From assembly GCA_964653535.1 (NCBI GenBank), contig CAZZHX010000001.1, forward strand, positions 1 through 49,302: DNA of 49,302 nt, read 5' to 3'. A program made the translations under genes and the position numbers. Origin of the DNA: an uncultured Mycobacterium sp. (GTDB taxonomy: Bacteria; Actinomycetota; Actinomycetes; Mycobacteriales; Mycobacteriaceae). Below are positions 1 to 11,623 of this stretch, in pieces (the first letter of the stretch is position 1; every line of letters starts with the position of its first letter). The notes under the pieces were generated by a model. That model was given only the letters and a program-made list of their open reading frames with translations, made no database searches and was not told the origin of the DNA.

Positions 1-1774
1 GCCCGACGTCGCGGCACGGCACGTCGATCTCGGCGTGCCGCAGTGCCGCTGACACCGCCGAGCCCACACCGCCGTGAACCCCGTTGTCCTCCAGCGTCAC
101 CACCAATTTGTGCTGCGTCGCGAGTTCCAGCACACCCGCGGGCACGGGCAGTACCCAGCGTGGGTCGATCACGGTGACCCCGATCCCCTGCTTGTGCAGC
201 CGCTTGGCCACCGCGAGCGCCATCGACGCGAAGGCGCCGACCGCCACTAACAGCACGTCGTGGCTCGAACCGTCGGCCGGCACCGCGAGCACGTCCAGGC
301 CCGAGACGCCCGACCCGCGGCGTTCGACGGCCGGAATGTCCTCGCCGACATCACCTTTGGGGAACCGCAGCACCGTCGGGCCGTCGGCGACGTCCAACGC
401 CTCGCCGAGCTCCTCCCGCAGCCGGGTCCCGTCCCGGGGCGCGGCCACCCGGATCCCGGGCACGATACCGAGCATCGACAGGTCCCACATGCCGTTGTGA
501 CTGGGGCCGTCCGCGCCGGTGACGCCCGCGCGGTCGAGAACCACTGTGACGGGCAGGCTGTGCAGCGCCACGTCCATCATGATCTGGTCGAAAGCCCGGT
601 TGAGGAACGTCGAGTAGATCGCCACCACCGGATGCATCCCGCCCATCGCCAAGCCGGCCGCCGACGTCATCGCGTGCTGCTCGGCGATGCCGACGTCGAA
701 CAGGCGATCCGGGAACTGCTCCCCGAACGGCGTCAGACCGGTGGGACCGGGCATCGCCGCGGTGATCGCCACGATGTCGCGGCGCTTGCGTGCGCACGCG
801 ATGAGCGCGTCGGAGAACGTCGCCGTCCAGCCGGGAGCGTCGACCTTGGTGGCCCGGCCGGTGACGGGGTCGATCGGGGCGGTGGAGTGCATCTGCTCGG
901 CCTCGTCGGCCTCCGCGGGCCCGTACCCCATCCCTTTGCGGGTGACAACGTGCACGATCACCGGGCGGCCGTAGCCGCGAGCGTGGCGCAGCGCCATTTC
1001 CACCGCGCGTTCGTCATGGCCGTCGACCGGGCCCACATACTTCAGGCCCAGATCCGTGAACAGCAGCTGCGGCGACAACGAGTCCTTGATTCCTGCCTTG
1101 ACGCTGTGCATGAAGTGGTAGGCGAACTCTCCGACCAAGGGCACCGACCGCAACGCGTCGCGGCCCCGCTCCAACACCTGCTCGTAGGCGGGCTGCAGCC
1201 GCAGTGTGGCCAGGCGGTCGGCGAGGCCGCCGATCGTCGGGGCGTAGCTGCGGCCGTTGTCGTTGACGACAACGACCACCGGCCGCTTCGACCCGGCGAT
1301 GTTGTTCAGCGCCTCCCAGCACATCCCGCCCGTGAGCGCGCCGTCCCCGACCACCGCGACGACGTGCCGGTTGCGGTGGCCGGTCAGCTCGAACGCCTTA
1401 GCCAGGCCGTCGGCGTAGGACAGCGCCGCGCTGGCGTGGCTGGACTCGACCCAGTCGTGCTCGCTCTCGGCGCGTGACGGATACCCCGACAGGCCCCCCT
1501 TCTTACGCAGGCTGTCGAAGTCCTGGCAGCGCCCCGTAAGCATCTTGTGCACATAAGCCTGGTGGCCGGTGTCGAAGATGATCGGGTCGTGCGGAGAGTC
1601 GAACACCCGGTGCAGCGCGAGCGTCAGCTCGACGACCCCGAGGTTGGGCCCCAGGTGTCCCCCGGTGGCTGCGACCTTGTGGACCAGGAACTCGCGAATC
1701 TCGGACGCAAGATTCTTCAGTTCCCGGTGTGACAGGTGCGCCAGATCGGCGGGGCCGCGGATCTGTTCGAGCAT
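1..1774 (-). CDS. dxs: 1-deoxy-D-xylulose-5-phosphate synthase (3' end outside window)
   Basis: Manual minus-strand translation from ATG 1774: [15 protein letters not shown]..., [25 protein letters not shown] (TPP motif), DVGIAEQHA. Not in the ORF track because it runs off the edge. TAGACT -10 lies 6 nt upstream (leaderless-type). Confidence 0.96.
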   Translation of the reverse strand, partial: MLEQIRGPADLAHLSHRELKNLASEIREFLVHKVAATGGHLGPNLGVVELTLALHRVFDSPHDPIIFDTGHQAYVHKMLTGRCQDFDSLRKKGGLSGYPSRAESEHDWVESSHASAALSYADGLAKAFELTGHRNRHVVAVVGDGALTGGMCWEALNNIAGSKRPVVVVVNDNGRSYAPTIGGLADRLATLRLQPAYEQVLERGRDALRSVPLVGEFAYHFMHSVKAGIKDSLSPQLLFTDLGLKYVGPVDGHDERAVEMALRHARGYGRPVIVHVVTRKGMGYGPAEADEAEQMHSTAPIDPVTGRATKVDAPGWTATFSDALIACARKRRDIVAITAAMPGPTGLTPFGEQFPDRLFDVGIAEQHAMTSAAGLAMGGMHPVVAIYSTFLNRAFDQIMMDVALHSLPVTVVLDRAGVTGADGPSHNGMWDLSMLGIVPGIRVAAPRDGTRLREELGEALDVADGPTVLRFPKGDVGEDIPAVERRGSGVSGLDVLAVPADGSSHDVLLVAVGAFASMALAVAKRLHKQGIGVTVIDPRWVLPVPAGVLELATQHKLVVTLEDNGVHGGVGSAVSAALRHAEIDVPCRDVG

Positions 1775-1836
1775 TCCACCAGTCTACGCAGTAGTTGCCC
1801 GTCGGGTCCGGCGATCGCGAGCGCTATCGTGCCCGT

Positions 1837-2280
1837 ATGCGCGCCAAGAACATCGCCGAGGAATACCCGGTGGTCAGCATCGATACGGACGCCCTGGAGG
1901 CGGCCCGGATGCTCGCTGAGCACCGCCTGCCCGGGTTGCTGGTCACCGACGCCTCGGGGCGTCCCTATGCGGTGTTACCCGCCTCACAGGTCGTCCGCTT
2001 CATCGTGCCCCGCTACGTGCAGGACGATCCGTCGCTGGCCGGGGTGCTCAGCGAATCGACGGCGGACCGCTGCGCGGAGAAGTTGAGCGGGAGGACCGTG
2101 CGCGACGTGCTGCCCGAGCACCTGCTCGAGGTGCCCCCAGCCCAGGCCGACGACACCATCATCGAGGTGGCCGCCCTGATGGCGCGGCTGCGCAGCCCGC
2201 TGGTCGCGGTGGTCGAGGACGGAAAGTTGCTCGGTGTGATCACGGCATCGCGGGTCCTCGAGGCGGTCTTGCGGCGGTGA
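1837..2280 (+). CDS. CBS-domain protein (Rv2683-like)
   Basis: Paired CBS repeats ([19 protein letters not shown]; [20 protein letters not shown]). ATG 1837 preferred because TATCGT lies 6 nt upstream. GTGA overlap with the next gene. Confidence 0.88.
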   Translation: MRAKNIAEEYPVVSIDTDALEAARMLAEHRLPGLLVTDASGRPYAVLPASQVVRFIVPRYVQDDPSLAGVLSESTADRCAEKLSGRTVRDVLPEHLLEVPPAQADDTIIEVAALMARLRSPLVAVVEDGKLLGVITASRVLEAVLRR

Positions 2281-3566
2281 GCGTCATCGCCGTCGCCGTC
2301 TTCGTGGTGGCTTTTGTTCTGATCGCCACCGATCGCGTCCACAAAACGGCGGTCGCGCTGGTGGGCGCCGCGATCGTGGTCCTCCTGCCCGTCATCAGTT
2401 CCGATGACGTCTTCTTCTCCCACGAAACCGGGATCGATTGGGACGTCATTTTTTTGCTGCTGGGCATGATGATCATCGTCAGCGTGCTGCGGCAAACCGG
2501 TGTGTTCGAGTACGTCGCGATCTGGTCGGCCAAGCGCGCCCGCGGGTCGCCGTTGCGCATCATGATCCTGCTGGTGGTGGTCACCGCGGTCGCGTCGGCA
2601 CTGCTGGACAACGTCACCACGGTGCTGCTGATCGCGCCGGTCACGTTGCTGGTGTGCGACCGGCTGGCGATCAACGCGGCACCGTTTCTGATGGCCGAGG
2701 CGTTCGCCTCCAACATCGGCGGGACGGCGACCCTCGTCGGCGACCCGCCCAACATCATCATCTCCAGCAAGGCCGGGCTCAGTTTCAACGACTTCCTGAT
2801 CCACCTGACACCGATCGTGATCATCGTGATGGTGGTCCTGATCGTGTTGCTGCCGCGACTTTTCCCCGGCGCGTTCACCGTCGATCCCGAGCGGGTCGCC
2901 GACGTCATGTCGTTGGAGGAGAAGGAAGCCATCCGCAATCCTCGGCTTCTCATTGAGTGCTGCGTCGTCCTGGTGGCGGTGTTCGCGGCGTTCATCGCCC
3001 ACTCGGCACTGCACATGGAGCCATCCATTGTGGCGCTGTTGGGCGCCGGCGTCCTAGTCGTGGTGTCGCGCTTGGAGCACACCGAATACCTGTCCAGCGT
3101 CGAATGGGAAACGCTGCTGTTCTTCGCCGGCCTCTTCGTCATGGTCGGCGCGCTGGTGAAGACCGGCGTGATGAAAACGCTTGCGCACCTGGCGATCACG
3201 GCGACCGGCGGCAACGTGCTTGTCGCAACAATGGTCATTCTCATCGCATCGATGCTGATCAGCGGGTTCGTCAACAACGTTCCCTACGCTGCAGCGATGA
3301 CGCCGATCGTGGGCGACCTTGCGCCGGCGCTGGCAGGCCACGCCGACCCCGGCGTCCTGTGGTGGTCGCTCGCACTCGGCACCGACTTCGGGGGCAACCT
3401 CACCGCCGTCGGTGCCAGCGCCAACGTCATCGTCATCGGAATGGCAGCGCGCTCCGACAATCCCATCTCGTTCGGCGAGTTCACCCGCAAGGGCGCCGTG
3501 GTGACGGCGGTGTCCGTCGCTCTCGCGGCCGCCTACCTGTATCTGCGCTACCTCATGGTGACCTAA
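2277..3566 (+). CDS. ArsB/NhaD-family (ion transporter superfamily) permease (Rv2684/Rv2685-like)
   Basis: 429 aa polytopic membrane protein with [28 protein letters not shown] and [12 protein letters not shown] motifs. Confidence 0.88.
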   Translation: MSVIAVAVFVVAFVLIATDRVHKTAVALVGAAIVVLLPVISSDDVFFSHETGIDWDVIFLLLGMMIIVSVLRQTGVFEYVAIWSAKRARGSPLRIMILLVVVTAVASALLDNVTTVLLIAPVTLLVCDRLAINAAPFLMAEAFASNIGGTATLVGDPPNIIISSKAGLSFNDFLIHLTPIVIIVMVVLIVLLPRLFPGAFTVDPERVADVMSLEEKEAIRNPRLLIECCVVLVAVFAAFIAHSALHMEPSIVALLGAGVLVVVSRLEHTEYLSSVEWETLLFFAGLFVMVGALVKTGVMKTLAHLAITATGGNVLVATMVILIASMLISGFVNNVPYAAAMTPIVGDLAPALAGHADPGVLWWSLALGTDFGGNLTAVGASANVIVIGMAARSDNPISFGEFTRKGAVVTAVSVALAAAYLYLRYLMVT

Positions 3567-4771
3567 GCGCCCCGGGTCAGCAGCGCTACGCATTCGACGT
3601 GGTGGGTCATCGGGAACGCGTCAAAGACCCTCAGCTTCTCGACGGCGTACCCGTGGCCGAGGTAGAGGCCGATGTCGCGCGCGAACGCTGCCGCTTCGCA
3701 ACCGATGTGCACCACGCGCGGAACGCCGGCGGCGGCCAGCAGATCGATCACCTCGCGCCCGGCGCCCGCCCGCGGTGGATCCAGCACCGCTACGTCGGCG
3801 GCGACCGCGTGTCGGGAGAGCGCCCGCCGAACCGAGTCGGTGACGATCTCCACCTGCGGCAGGTCGGCCAGGGCAGCGCGACCGGCCCGGGTCGACGCCC
3901 GCGACGTGTCGACCGACACCACCCGCCCGGACTCCCCCACCGCATCGCCGAGTGCGGCGGCGAACACGCCCGCGCCGCCATAGAGGTCCCACACGGTCGC
4001 CCCGGTCGCCGGCTGGGCCCATTGGGCAATCAGCCCGCTGTAGACCCGTGCCGCGTCGCGGTGCGATTGCCAGAACGCCGTCACGGGAATCCGCCAGGCA
4101 CGCCCACCCACCCGCTGAACAGCCTCGTAGTTGCCCTGCATCACCTCGGTCGCCGTGCGTCCACCCTCCCGCCGGGTGCGCACCACATGGCGCTCCCCGT
4201 CGTCGTCGACGGCCACGTGCAGCTGGGAGTGCGGCGGCCAGTCGGGCCCGTCCAACCCGTCCAGCATGCCCGCGGGCAGCTGCGCGCAGCGCAGGTCGGT
4301 CACCAGCTCGTCGCTGTGGTAGCGGTGAAAACCCGGACCACCATCGGCGCCCACGTCGAGCCGGACCCGGGTGCGCCACCCGGCGTAACCCGAGTCCGCA
4401 AGCGGTTCGGCGCCGGAGTCCACACCGCGCCACTGGTGTCCGCCCAGGCGCTGCAACTGATTAGCCACAACCGCAGCCTTGAGCGCCCGTGCCAACTCCG
4501 GCTTCGCGAACGCCAGATCGCAGCACCCGGCACCGTCCACCCCGGCGATCGGGCACAGCGACGCGATCCGGTCGTCGGACGGTTCCAGCACCTCGACAAC
4601 GTCGGCATGGCAGTAGGAGCCGCGGTCGGCGGTGATCCGCACCCGTACCCGCTCCCCGGGCAGCGCGTAGCGGACGAACACCACCCGGCCCTCGTGGTGG
4701 GCCACGCAGCTGCCCCCGTTGGCGGGGTCGCCGGCGACCACCGTCAGGTCACCGGACGCGGCAGGGCTCAA
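3563..4771 (-). CDS. TRAM-domain class I SAM-dependent RNA methyltransferase (RlmD/TrmA-like, Rv2689c-like)
   Basis: [11 protein letters not shown] (TRAM), Cys cluster [22 protein letters not shown] motif, [20 protein letters not shown] start at 4771 overlaps the upstream TGA. Confidence 0.88.
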   Translation of the reverse strand: MSPAASGDLTVVAGDPANGGSCVAHHEGRVVFVRYALPGERVRVRITADRGSYCHADVVEVLEPSDDRIASLCPIAGVDGAGCCDLAFAKPELARALKAAVVANQLQRLGGHQWRGVDSGAEPLADSGYAGWRTRVRLDVGADGGPGFHRYHSDELVTDLRCAQLPAGMLDGLDGPDWPPHSQLHVAVDDDGERHVVRTRREGGRTATEVMQGNYEAVQRVGGRAWRIPVTAFWQSHRDAARVYSGLIAQWAQPATGATVWDLYGGAGVFAAALGDAVGESGRVVSVDTSRASTRAGRAALADLPQVEIVTDSVRRALSRHAVAADVAVLDPPRAGAGREVIDLLAAAGVPRVVHIGCEAAAFARDIGLYLGHGYAVEKLRVFDAFPMTHHVECVALLTRGA

Positions 4772-6762
4772 TCGAAGATTCCGCGACGGGTGTCGCCGGG
4801 GGCTATCTCGTGTTCCAGCGGCTGCACCCGTTCCGACGAACTCAGTTGCCAGGGAACGGACGTCACCATCACGTTGGGCATGAACAGCAACCTCCCCTTG
4901 AGCCGCCACGCACTCTGGTTGTGCAGCAGTTGTTCCCACCAGTGGCCCACTACATACTCGGGGATGAACACCGTCACCACGCTGCGCGGCGAGTCCTTGC
5001 TGACGCGTCTGACGTAGTCGAGGATTGGACGGGTGATTTCACGGTACGGCGACGCAACCACCTTCAGCGGCACGCTGACGTCGCTAGCTTGCCACTGGTC
5101 TGTCAGTTCACGGGTTTCCGCGTCGTCGACGCTGACCGTGACGGCCTCGAGGGTGTCGGGGCGGGTGGCGCGCGCGTAGGCCAGCGCGCGCAGGGTCGGC
5201 AAGTGCAGCTTCGACACCAGCACCACGGCGTGGTTGCGGCTCGGCAGCACCACCTCGTGCTGGGCGGCAGCCTGCTCGGCCAATTCCCGGCTGACCGCAG
5301 CGTAGTGCCGGTGAATCATTTTCATGAGCGCGAACAGCAAGCTCATCGCGACCAGCGCGATCCACGCACCGGCCAGGAACTTGGTGACCAAGACGATGAT
5401 CAGCACCGTGCCGGTGCACACCAGGCCGACCGTGTTGACGACCCTAGAGCGCATCATCCTGCGGCGCGCCGGGCGATCGGTCTCAGTGCGCAGCAACCGG
5501 GTCCAGTGCCGGACCATCCCGATCTGGCTCAGCGTGAACGAGATGAACACGCCGACGATGTACAGCTGGATCAACGCGGTCACCTCTGCGCGGAAGGCAA
5601 CGATCGCCAGCACGGCGACCCCCGACAGGAACAGGATCCCGTTGGAGAACGCCAATCGGTCGCCGCGGGTGTGCAGTTGCCGCGGCAGGTAACTGTGTTG
5701 CGCCAGCACCGAGCCGAGCACCGGGAATCCGTTGAACGCGGTGTTGGCGGCCAAGACGAGGATCAGCGCGGTCACCGTCGCGATCAGCAGGAACCCGATG
5801 TGGAAGCTGCCGAAGACGGTTTGGGCCAGCTGGGTGACCAGGGTTTTCTGGTAGTAGTTCGGCGGGGCGCCGGACAGCTGCGTCGCAGGGTCCGCGACAA
5901 ATTGGACCCCGATCCTTTGCGCCAGCACGATGATGCCGATCAGCAGGGTCACCGCGATCCCGCCCAGCAGCAGCAGAGTCGTCGCGGCGTTGCGAGACTT
6001 GGGTTTCTCGAACGCCGGCACGCCGTTGCTGATCGCCTCGACACCGGTCAGCGCCGCGCAGCCCGATGAGAACGACCGCGCCACCAGGAACGCGAAGGCT
6101 AAACCGACGATCTGGCCGTGCTCGGCGTGCATCTGGAAGCCGGCGGATTCGGCGCGTAGCCGGTCTCCCAGCACGAAGATCCGGAACAGTCCCCAGCCGA
6201 TCATGGCGAGGATTCCGACGATGAACCCGTAGGTTGGAATGGCGAACGCCAGCCCGGACTCGCGAACCCCGCGCAGATTCAGCGCCGTCACGATCGTGAT
6301 GGCCGCGACGCAGAAGAGCACCTTGTGCTCCGCAACGATCGGGATCGCCGAGCCGATGTTCGACATCGCCGAGGCCGTCGACACAGCAACGGTGAGAACG
6401 TAATCCACCATCAGCGCGCTGGCGACCACCAGGCCAGCCGTCTCGCCGAGGTTGGTCGTGACGACCTCGTAGTCGCCGCCGCCCGACGGGTAGGCGTGCA
6501 CGTTCTGCCGGTAGCTCGCCACCACGACCAACATCACCGCGGCCACCGCCAGACCGATCCAGGGCGTGAGCGCGTACGCGGCCACCCCGGCGACCGACAG
6601 CATCAGGAAGACCTCTTCGGGTGCATACGCCACCGACGAGAGCGCATCGGAGGCGAACACCGGCAGGGCGATCCGCTTGGGCAGCAGAGTGTGGCTCAAC
6701 CGGTCGCTGCGAAACGGCTGCCCGATCAGCAACCGACGCGCAACGTTGGAAAAATTGGGCAC
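4768..6762 (-). CDS. APC-superfamily permease, KimA-like potassium transporter (Rv2690c-like)
   Basis: FASDALSSVAY, GCAALTGVEAISNGVPAF, many TM helices, C-terminal SPYR/WWEQLLHNQ domain; divergent from trkA/trkB. GTG 6762 start chosen by recalled ortholog N-terminus. Confidence 0.87.
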   Translation of the reverse strand: MPNFSNVARRLLIGQPFRSDRLSHTLLPKRIALPVFASDALSSVAYAPEEVFLMLSVAGVAAYALTPWIGLAVAAVMLVVVASYRQNVHAYPSGGGDYEVVTTNLGETAGLVVASALMVDYVLTVAVSTASAMSNIGSAIPIVAEHKVLFCVAAITIVTALNLRGVRESGLAFAIPTYGFIVGILAMIGWGLFRIFVLGDRLRAESAGFQMHAEHGQIVGLAFAFLVARSFSSGCAALTGVEAISNGVPAFEKPKSRNAATTLLLLGGIAVTLLIGIIVLAQRIGVQFVADPATQLSGAPPNYYQKTLVTQLAQTVFGSFHIGFLLIATVTALILVLAANTAFNGFPVLGSVLAQHSYLPRQLHTRGDRLAFSNGILFLSGVAVLAIVAFRAEVTALIQLYIVGVFISFTLSQIGMVRHWTRLLRTETDRPARRRMMRSRVVNTVGLVCTGTVLIIVLVTKFLAGAWIALVAMSLLFALMKMIHRHYAAVSRELAEQAAAQHEVVLPSRNHAVVLVSKLHLPTLRALAYARATRPDTLEAVTVSVDDAETRELTDQWQASDVSVPLKVVASPYREITRPILDYVRRVSKDSPRSVVTVFIPEYVVGHWWEQLLHNQSAWRLKGRLLFMPNVMVTSVPWQLSSSERVQPLEHEIAPGDTRRGIFD

Positions 6763-6820
6763 GAGTGCCAAGGGTATGCCCATTGCGCCCCGATGACGGC
6801 CGGTAGGTGAGAATGATGCC

Positions 6821-7501
6821 GTGCGCGTAGTGGTCATGGGCTGCGGGAGGGTGGGCTCGTCGCTGGCTGATGCGCTGGGCCGGATCGGTCACGACGTCGC
6901 GGTCATCGACCGTGACGGCGCCGCCTTCAACCGTTTGAGTCCGGAGTTCTCCGGCGACCGGGTGCTGGGCCAGGGATTCGACCGCGACGTGCTGCTGCGG
7001 GCGGGCATCGAGCACACCGATGCCTTCGCCGCGGTGTCATCCGGCGACAACTCCAACATCATCTCGGCGCGGTTAGCGCGGGAGATCTTCGGCGTGGAGC
7101 GCGTCGTCGCCCGTATTTACGACGCCAAGCGCGCCGGGGTCTACGAACGCCTCGGCATTCCCACGATCGCCACCGTGCCGTGGACCACCGACCGGTTGCT
7201 CAACGCGCTCACCCGGGAGGGCGAGACCGCCAGGTGGCGCGACCCCACCGGGACCGTCGCCGTGGCGGAACTCGACCTGCACGACGACTGGGCGGGTCAC
7301 CGGGCCACCGACCTCGAAGTGGCCACCGGCGCCCGGGTGGCGTTCGTGATCCGGTTCGGCACCGGCGTGCTGCCCGAACCCAAGACCGTCATCCAGTCCG
7401 GCGATCAGGTGTATATCGCCGCCATATCCGGTCGTGTGGCGGAGGCGGTGGCCATCGCCGCGCTGCCGCCCGCCGAGGACGTCGAGGGCAAGGCAACATG
7501 A
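6821..7501 (+). CDS. trkA: TrkA-family RCK potassium-uptake regulatory subunit (CeoB)
   Basis: MRVVVMGCGRVG Rossmann motif, AVSSGDNSNI, TrkA-C domain. Confidence 0.92.
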   Translation: MRVVVMGCGRVGSSLADALGRIGHDVAVIDRDGAAFNRLSPEFSGDRVLGQGFDRDVLLRAGIEHTDAFAAVSSGDNSNIISARLAREIFGVERVVARIYDAKRAGVYERLGIPTIATVPWTTDRLLNALTREGETARWRDPTGTVAVAELDLHDDWAGHRATDLEVATGARVAFVIRFGTGVLPEPKTVIQSGDQVYIAAISGRVAEAVAIAALPPAEDVEGKAT

Positions 7502-8172
7502 AGATAGCTGTCGCCGGGGCCGGTGCGGTCGGCCGCTCCGTCACCCGTGAGCTCGTCGGTTACCACCACGACGTGACGCTGATCGAGCGCAACTCCGCCC
7601 ACGTCGACGTCGACGCCATCCCCGACGCGCACTGGCACCTCGGCGACGCGTGCGAGCTGAGCCTGCTGGAGGCGGTCCACCTCGAGAGCTTCGACGTGGT
7701 TATCGCCGCGACCGGCGACGACAAGGTGAACGTGGTGCTCAGCCTGCTGGCCAAGACCGAGTTCGCGGTGCCGCGGGTGGTGGCCCGGGTCAACGACCCC
7801 CGCAACGAATGGCTGTTCACCGATGCCTGGGGCGTGGACGTCGCGGTCTCCACGCCGCGCATGTTGGCGTCGATGATCGAGGAGGCCGTCGCCGTCGGCG
7901 ACCTGGTGCGGCTCCTGGAGTTCCGCCGTGGCCAGGCCAATCTGGTCGAGATCACACTGCCCGACCGGACGCCCTGGGGTGGAAAGCCGGTGCGAAGACT
8001 GGAATTGCCGCGCAACGTCACGCTGGTGACGATCCTGCGGGGCCCGCGGGTCATCGTGCCGGAACCCGACGAGCCGCTGGAGGGCGGCGACGAACTGCTG
8101 TTCGTCGCCGCCGCCGAGGCCGAGGAGGAACTGCGTGACCTGCTGCTCCCGGAGACCGTGCCGCCCGATTAG
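7498..8172 (+). CDS. trkB: TrkA-family RCK subunit (CeoC)
   Basis: MKIAVAGAGAVG, AATGDDKVN, VARVNDPRN; ATGA overlap with trkA. Confidence 0.9.
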   Translation: MKIAVAGAGAVGRSVTRELVGYHHDVTLIERNSAHVDVDAIPDAHWHLGDACELSLLEAVHLESFDVVIAATGDDKVNVVLSLLAKTEFAVPRVVARVNDPRNEWLFTDAWGVDVAVSTPRMLASMIEEAVAVGDLVRLLEFRRGQANLVEITLPDRTPWGGKPVRRLELPRNVTLVTILRGPRVIVPEPDEPLEGGDELLFVAAAEAEEELRDLLLPETVPPD

Positions 8173-8768
8173 TCGGCCACAATGGCCCGCTGGGCGGCTT
8201 TGACTGCCATGTAGGTCACCAGCGCCGCCAGGACGGTCAACGGCCAGCCCATGGCGAGCCGCGCAGCCACGAGCCAACCGGTCCTGTCGGCGTCATAGAG
8301 CAGCCGCTGGACGACGAACCGGGCACCGAACACCACCACCCAGCACAGCGAGGCGAGGTCGAAGGCGTAGACCGCGCGCGGCACCCGGCGCCACCCTCGA
8401 TCACGACCGGTCGCCCAGCTCCACGCGTAGCCGACGAGGGGCCGGCGGACCACGACGGAGGCAGTGAAAACCACCGCCCACACCAGCGATATCCAGATGC
8501 CCAGCAGGAAGTAGCCTCGGGTCTGGCCCGTCGCGTAGGCGATCAGCGCGCAGACCGCGACACCGATGAAGCCGGCCAGCGCGGGGCGGGTGGATTCGCG
8601 CCGCATCAGACGCCACAGCAGGATCACCGCGGCCACGCCCAGGGCCGACACGACTGCCGGCAGCAAACCCGAGACACTCGACGCCAGGGCGAAAGTGATC
8701 ACCGGCAACGACGAGTAGATGACGCCGCTGACTCCGCCGAATTGCGCCAACAAACCCTCGGGGGTCAC
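8169..8768 (-). CDS. DUF3159 membrane protein (Rv2693c-like)
   Basis: GGVSGVIYSSLP, RPLVGYAW, ARLAMGWPL motifs; synteny. Confidence 0.82.
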   Translation of the reverse strand: MTPEGLLAQFGGVSGVIYSSLPVITFALASSVSGLLPAVVSALGVAAVILLWRLMRRESTRPALAGFIGVAVCALIAYATGQTRGYFLLGIWISLVWAVVFTASVVVRRPLVGYAWSWATGRDRGWRRVPRAVYAFDLASLCWVVVFGARFVVQRLLYDADRTGWLVAARLAMGWPLTVLAALVTYMAVKAAQRAIVAD

Positions 8769-9133
8769 CGCTCGATCTCATAGTGCGGGTTGTAGATGGC
8801 CTTGGCGCCGTTCTCCAACGCGCCCACCCGACCGTGCACCCGCAGCCTGCGGCCGGATTCGATGCCCGGGATGCGCCGCTGACCCAACCAGACCAGGGTG
8901 ACGATGTCGCTGCCGTCGAACAATTCGGCGCGCACTCCCCCGGGGCACCCTTTACCGTTCGTCTCGACGCTGCGCAGGGCGCCGATGATGGTGACCTCCT
9001 GGCCGCGCTCGCAATCGACCACACGGTGCGCGCCGTTCATCGCTACCTCGTCGGACAACTCTTCGGAGTCGCGCACCTCCGGATCTTCCGTCAGCCGACG
9101 GCTGAGCCGGCGCAGAAATCCCTCGGCCCCCAT
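8765..9133 (-). CDS. OB-fold nucleic-acid-binding protein (Rv2694c-like)
   Basis: ELFDGSDIVTLVWLGQRRIPGI...IYNPHYE (RecG-wedge-like OB fold); AGGAG SD before ATG 9133. Confidence 0.85.
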   Translation of the reverse strand: MGAEGFLRRLSRRLTEDPEVRDSEELSDEVAMNGAHRVVDCERGQEVTIIGALRSVETNGKGCPGGVRAELFDGSDIVTLVWLGQRRIPGIESGRRLRVHGRVGALENGAKAIYNPHYEIER

Positions 9134-9272
9134 GGCCACTCCTGACGATGCTGATCAGACGCACTGCCCACGTACATGCCAACGGCCACCGTAGACCTGT
9201 TGGCTCCCCCGCGCCAACGAACCAAAGGCCAGAGTGTTGGAGACCACAGTGAGGTCGGGGCACTATCAACAG

Positions 9273-9971
9273 GTGGCTGTCGATCTGCACGGTGTGACGA
9301 CCGTGGTGCTGCCGGGAACGGGCTCCGACGAGGACTACGTCCGGCGCGCGTTCTCGGGTCCACTGCGCGAAGCCGGCGCGGTGCTGGTGGCCCCGCCGCC
9401 CCGCCCCGGCCGACTGATCGAGGGCTACCTGTCGGCGTTGGACCACGCCGCCCGCGACGGCCCGATCTGCGTCGGCGGTGTCTCGATCGGTGCAGCGGTC
9501 GCGGCCGCGTGGGCCCTGGCGCACCCCGATCGCACGGTCGCCGTCCTGGTGGCCCTGCCGGCGTGGACAGGGACACCCGGCAGCGCGCCGGCCTCGCTTG
9601 CGGCGCGGTATTCGGCCGAGCGGCTGCGGGTCGATGGCTTGGCGGCGACGACCGCGCAGATGCTGGCCTCCAGCCCGTCTTGGCTGGGCGACGAGCTGGC
9701 CCGCTCCTGGCGCGCCCAGTGGCCCCACCTTCCCGACGCAATGGACGAGGCCGCCGCCTACGCCGCACCGAGCCCGGAGGAACTGGCACGACTGGTCGCA
9801 CCCATGGGCGTGGCGGCCGCGGTCGATGATTCCGTCCACCCGCTTCGGGTGGCGCGCGAGTGGGTCGCCGCGGCACCCCGCGCGGCACTACGGACGGTGA
9901 CGCTGGAGGAGCTGGGGTCCGCCACCGCCGCTATGGGCGCGGCCTGCCTGGCGGCTCTCGCCGAGGCCTAG
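9273..9971 (+). CDS. Alpha/beta hydrolase (Rv2695-like)
   Basis: LPGTGSD, GVSIG nucleophile elbow, DDSVHP; start uncertain. Confidence 0.8.
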   Translation: MAVDLHGVTTVVLPGTGSDEDYVRRAFSGPLREAGAVLVAPPPRPGRLIEGYLSALDHAARDGPICVGGVSIGAAVAAAWALAHPDRTVAVLVALPAWTGTPGSAPASLAARYSAERLRVDGLAATTAQMLASSPSWLGDELARSWRAQWPHLPDAMDEAAAYAAPSPEELARLVAPMGVAAAVDDSVHPLRVAREWVAAAPRAALRTVTLEELGSATAAMGAACLAALAEA

Positions 9972-10642
9972 GTGTCGGTCGCGCTGTCCGAGCCGCGCAG
10001 CTGCTGCATGGCCGAGCCATCGGCGCTGCGGCGCTCAGCCGGCTCGTCGGCTGCCTGCTGCGCCTCGAGGTATTGCTCGGCCTGCTGCGCGGCGGCCTGC
10101 CGCAGCTGCTCGGCCATCGGCCCGGGCAGCTGCACCGCAAGGGGGGTGCGCACCGGGAGCGGGGTGTCGCCCCGGCGGACCACGGTGTCCGCCAGGGCCG
10201 CACGCGCCTCCGCATCGAGGGCGTCGATGGTTTCGTGCGAGCCGTTGATGACGCAGCGGATCATCCAGCGGTAGCCGTCGACCCCGATGAAGCGCACCAC
10301 ACCGGAGGCGGTGCCGAGCACCTCCCGGCCCCACGGGCCGTCGACGATGCTGACCGTCGCCGAGTCCGCGCGAAGCGACTCGGCGAGTTCGCCGGCCACC
10401 TCGCGCCATAATCCGCCGGACTTCGGTGCCGCGTATGCGGCGATGGTGAAGCGCCCGTTCGGCGTGACCATCCACACCGCGCTCGGGACCCCCGCTTCGG
10501 TCAGTTCGACCTGCAGCTGCCCGGTCGCCGGCATGGGGACCAGGACCGACCCCAGGTCGAGCCGGGCCAGTTCCGCCGCCGCGGGGTCGTCGAAGTCGTC
10601 GATGTCGAACGGGCCCTCGAGTTCTTCCGACGCCATGGTCAC
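9968..10642 (-). CDS. DUF3710 protein (Rv2696c-like)
   Basis: [34 protein letters not shown] motifs; GTGA overlap with dut. Confidence 0.85.
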   Translation of the reverse strand: MTMASEELEGPFDIDDFDDPAAAELARLDLGSVLVPMPATGQLQVELTEAGVPSAVWMVTPNGRFTIAAYAAPKSGGLWREVAGELAESLRADSATVSIVDGPWGREVLGTASGVVRFIGVDGYRWMIRCVINGSHETIDALDAEARAALADTVVRRGDTPLPVRTPLAVQLPGPMAEQLRQAAAQQAEQYLEAQQAADEPAERRSADGSAMQQLRGSDSATDT

Positions 10643-11103
10643 AAACTCGCATGCCCGCCGGAGGAGCCGTGGCCGCCATCGCCGCGGATCGTGCCGGCCA
10701 GCCCCGCCTCGTCAAACGACGCGACCTCGACCAGGTCCACCAACTCGACCCGCTGCACCACCAGCTGGGCGATGCGATCGCCGCGACGGATCACGATCGG
10801 CTCTGCCGGATCGAGGTTGATCAGTGAGATCTTGATCTCGCCGCGGTATCCGGCATCGATGGTGCCCGGGCTGTTCACTATCGAAAGCCCTACGCGCGCA
10901 GCTAATCCCGACCGCGGATGGACCAGACCGACCATCCCGTACGGGATGGCGACCGCGACGCCCGTCCGCACCAGCGCGCGCTGCCCCGGGCCCAGCCCGA
11001 CGTCTTCGGCGCTGTAGAGATCGACGCCAGCGTCGCCGTCGTGCGCCCTGGCGGGCAGCGGCAGATCCGGATCGAGGCGAACGATCGCCAGACTGGTCGA
11101 CAC
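10639..11103 (-). CDS. dut: dUTP diphosphatase
   Basis: dUTPase motifs [37 protein letters not shown]. Confidence 0.97.
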   Translation of the reverse strand: MSTSLAIVRLDPDLPLPARAHDGDAGVDLYSAEDVGLGPGQRALVRTGVAVAIPYGMVGLVHPRSGLAARVGLSIVNSPGTIDAGYRGEIKISLINLDPAEPIVIRRGDRIAQLVVQRVELVDLVEVASFDEAGLAGTIRGDGGHGSSGGHASL

Positions 11104-11128
11104 GGGGCCAAAGACTACCCTTGACCGC

Positions 11129-11614
11129 GTGCCCGGTAACCGCGTCGCGCCGCACAGCGTGCGATACCGCGAACGACTGTGGGTGCCCTGGTGGTGGTGG
11201 CCCCTGAGCCTTGGGCTCGCGGCACTGATCGCCGTCGAGGTCAACCTCGGTGTTCCGGCCATCCCCGCGTGGGTGCCGTACGCGACGCTGTGGGCGGCGG
11301 CGGCCGGCGCGCTGTTGTGGCTCGGTCGGGTCGAGATCAAAGTCACCGCCGGCCCGGACGGCTCGGACGAGGTCCAGCTGTGGGCCGCGGAAGCGCACCT
11401 GCCGGTCGCCGTCATCACCAGGTCAGCGGAGGTTCCGAGCTCCGCGAAGTCGGCGGCACTGGGCCGCCAGCTCGATCCGGCCGCCTACGTAGTGCACCGG
11501 CCCTGGGTCGGCCCGATGGTGTTGATGGTCCTGAACGACGCTGACGACCCGACTCCGTACTGGCTGGTGAGTTGCCGCCACCCGGAACGGATGCTGTCCG
11601 CGTTGCGCAGCTGA
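11129..11614 (+). CDS. DUF3093 membrane protein (Rv2698-like)
   Basis: [12 protein letters not shown], two TM helices, DPTPYWLVS. Confidence 0.85.
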   Translation: MPGNRVAPHSVRYRERLWVPWWWWPLSLGLAALIAVEVNLGVPAIPAWVPYATLWAAAAGALLWLGRVEIKVTAGPDGSDEVQLWAAEAHLPVAVITRSAEVPSSAKSAALGRQLDPAAYVVHRPWVGPMVLMVLNDADDPTPYWLVSCRHPERMLSALRS

Positions 11615-11623
11615 GCCCGTGGG

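Noticed and set aside
260-1477. 405-aa + strand ORF, and similar long ORFs such as 2957-5017, 16711-18561, 36645-38675, 40718-42448 and 43370-44806
   Set aside because: Antisense or off-frame shadows of well-recognised genes in high-GC DNA; no motifs.
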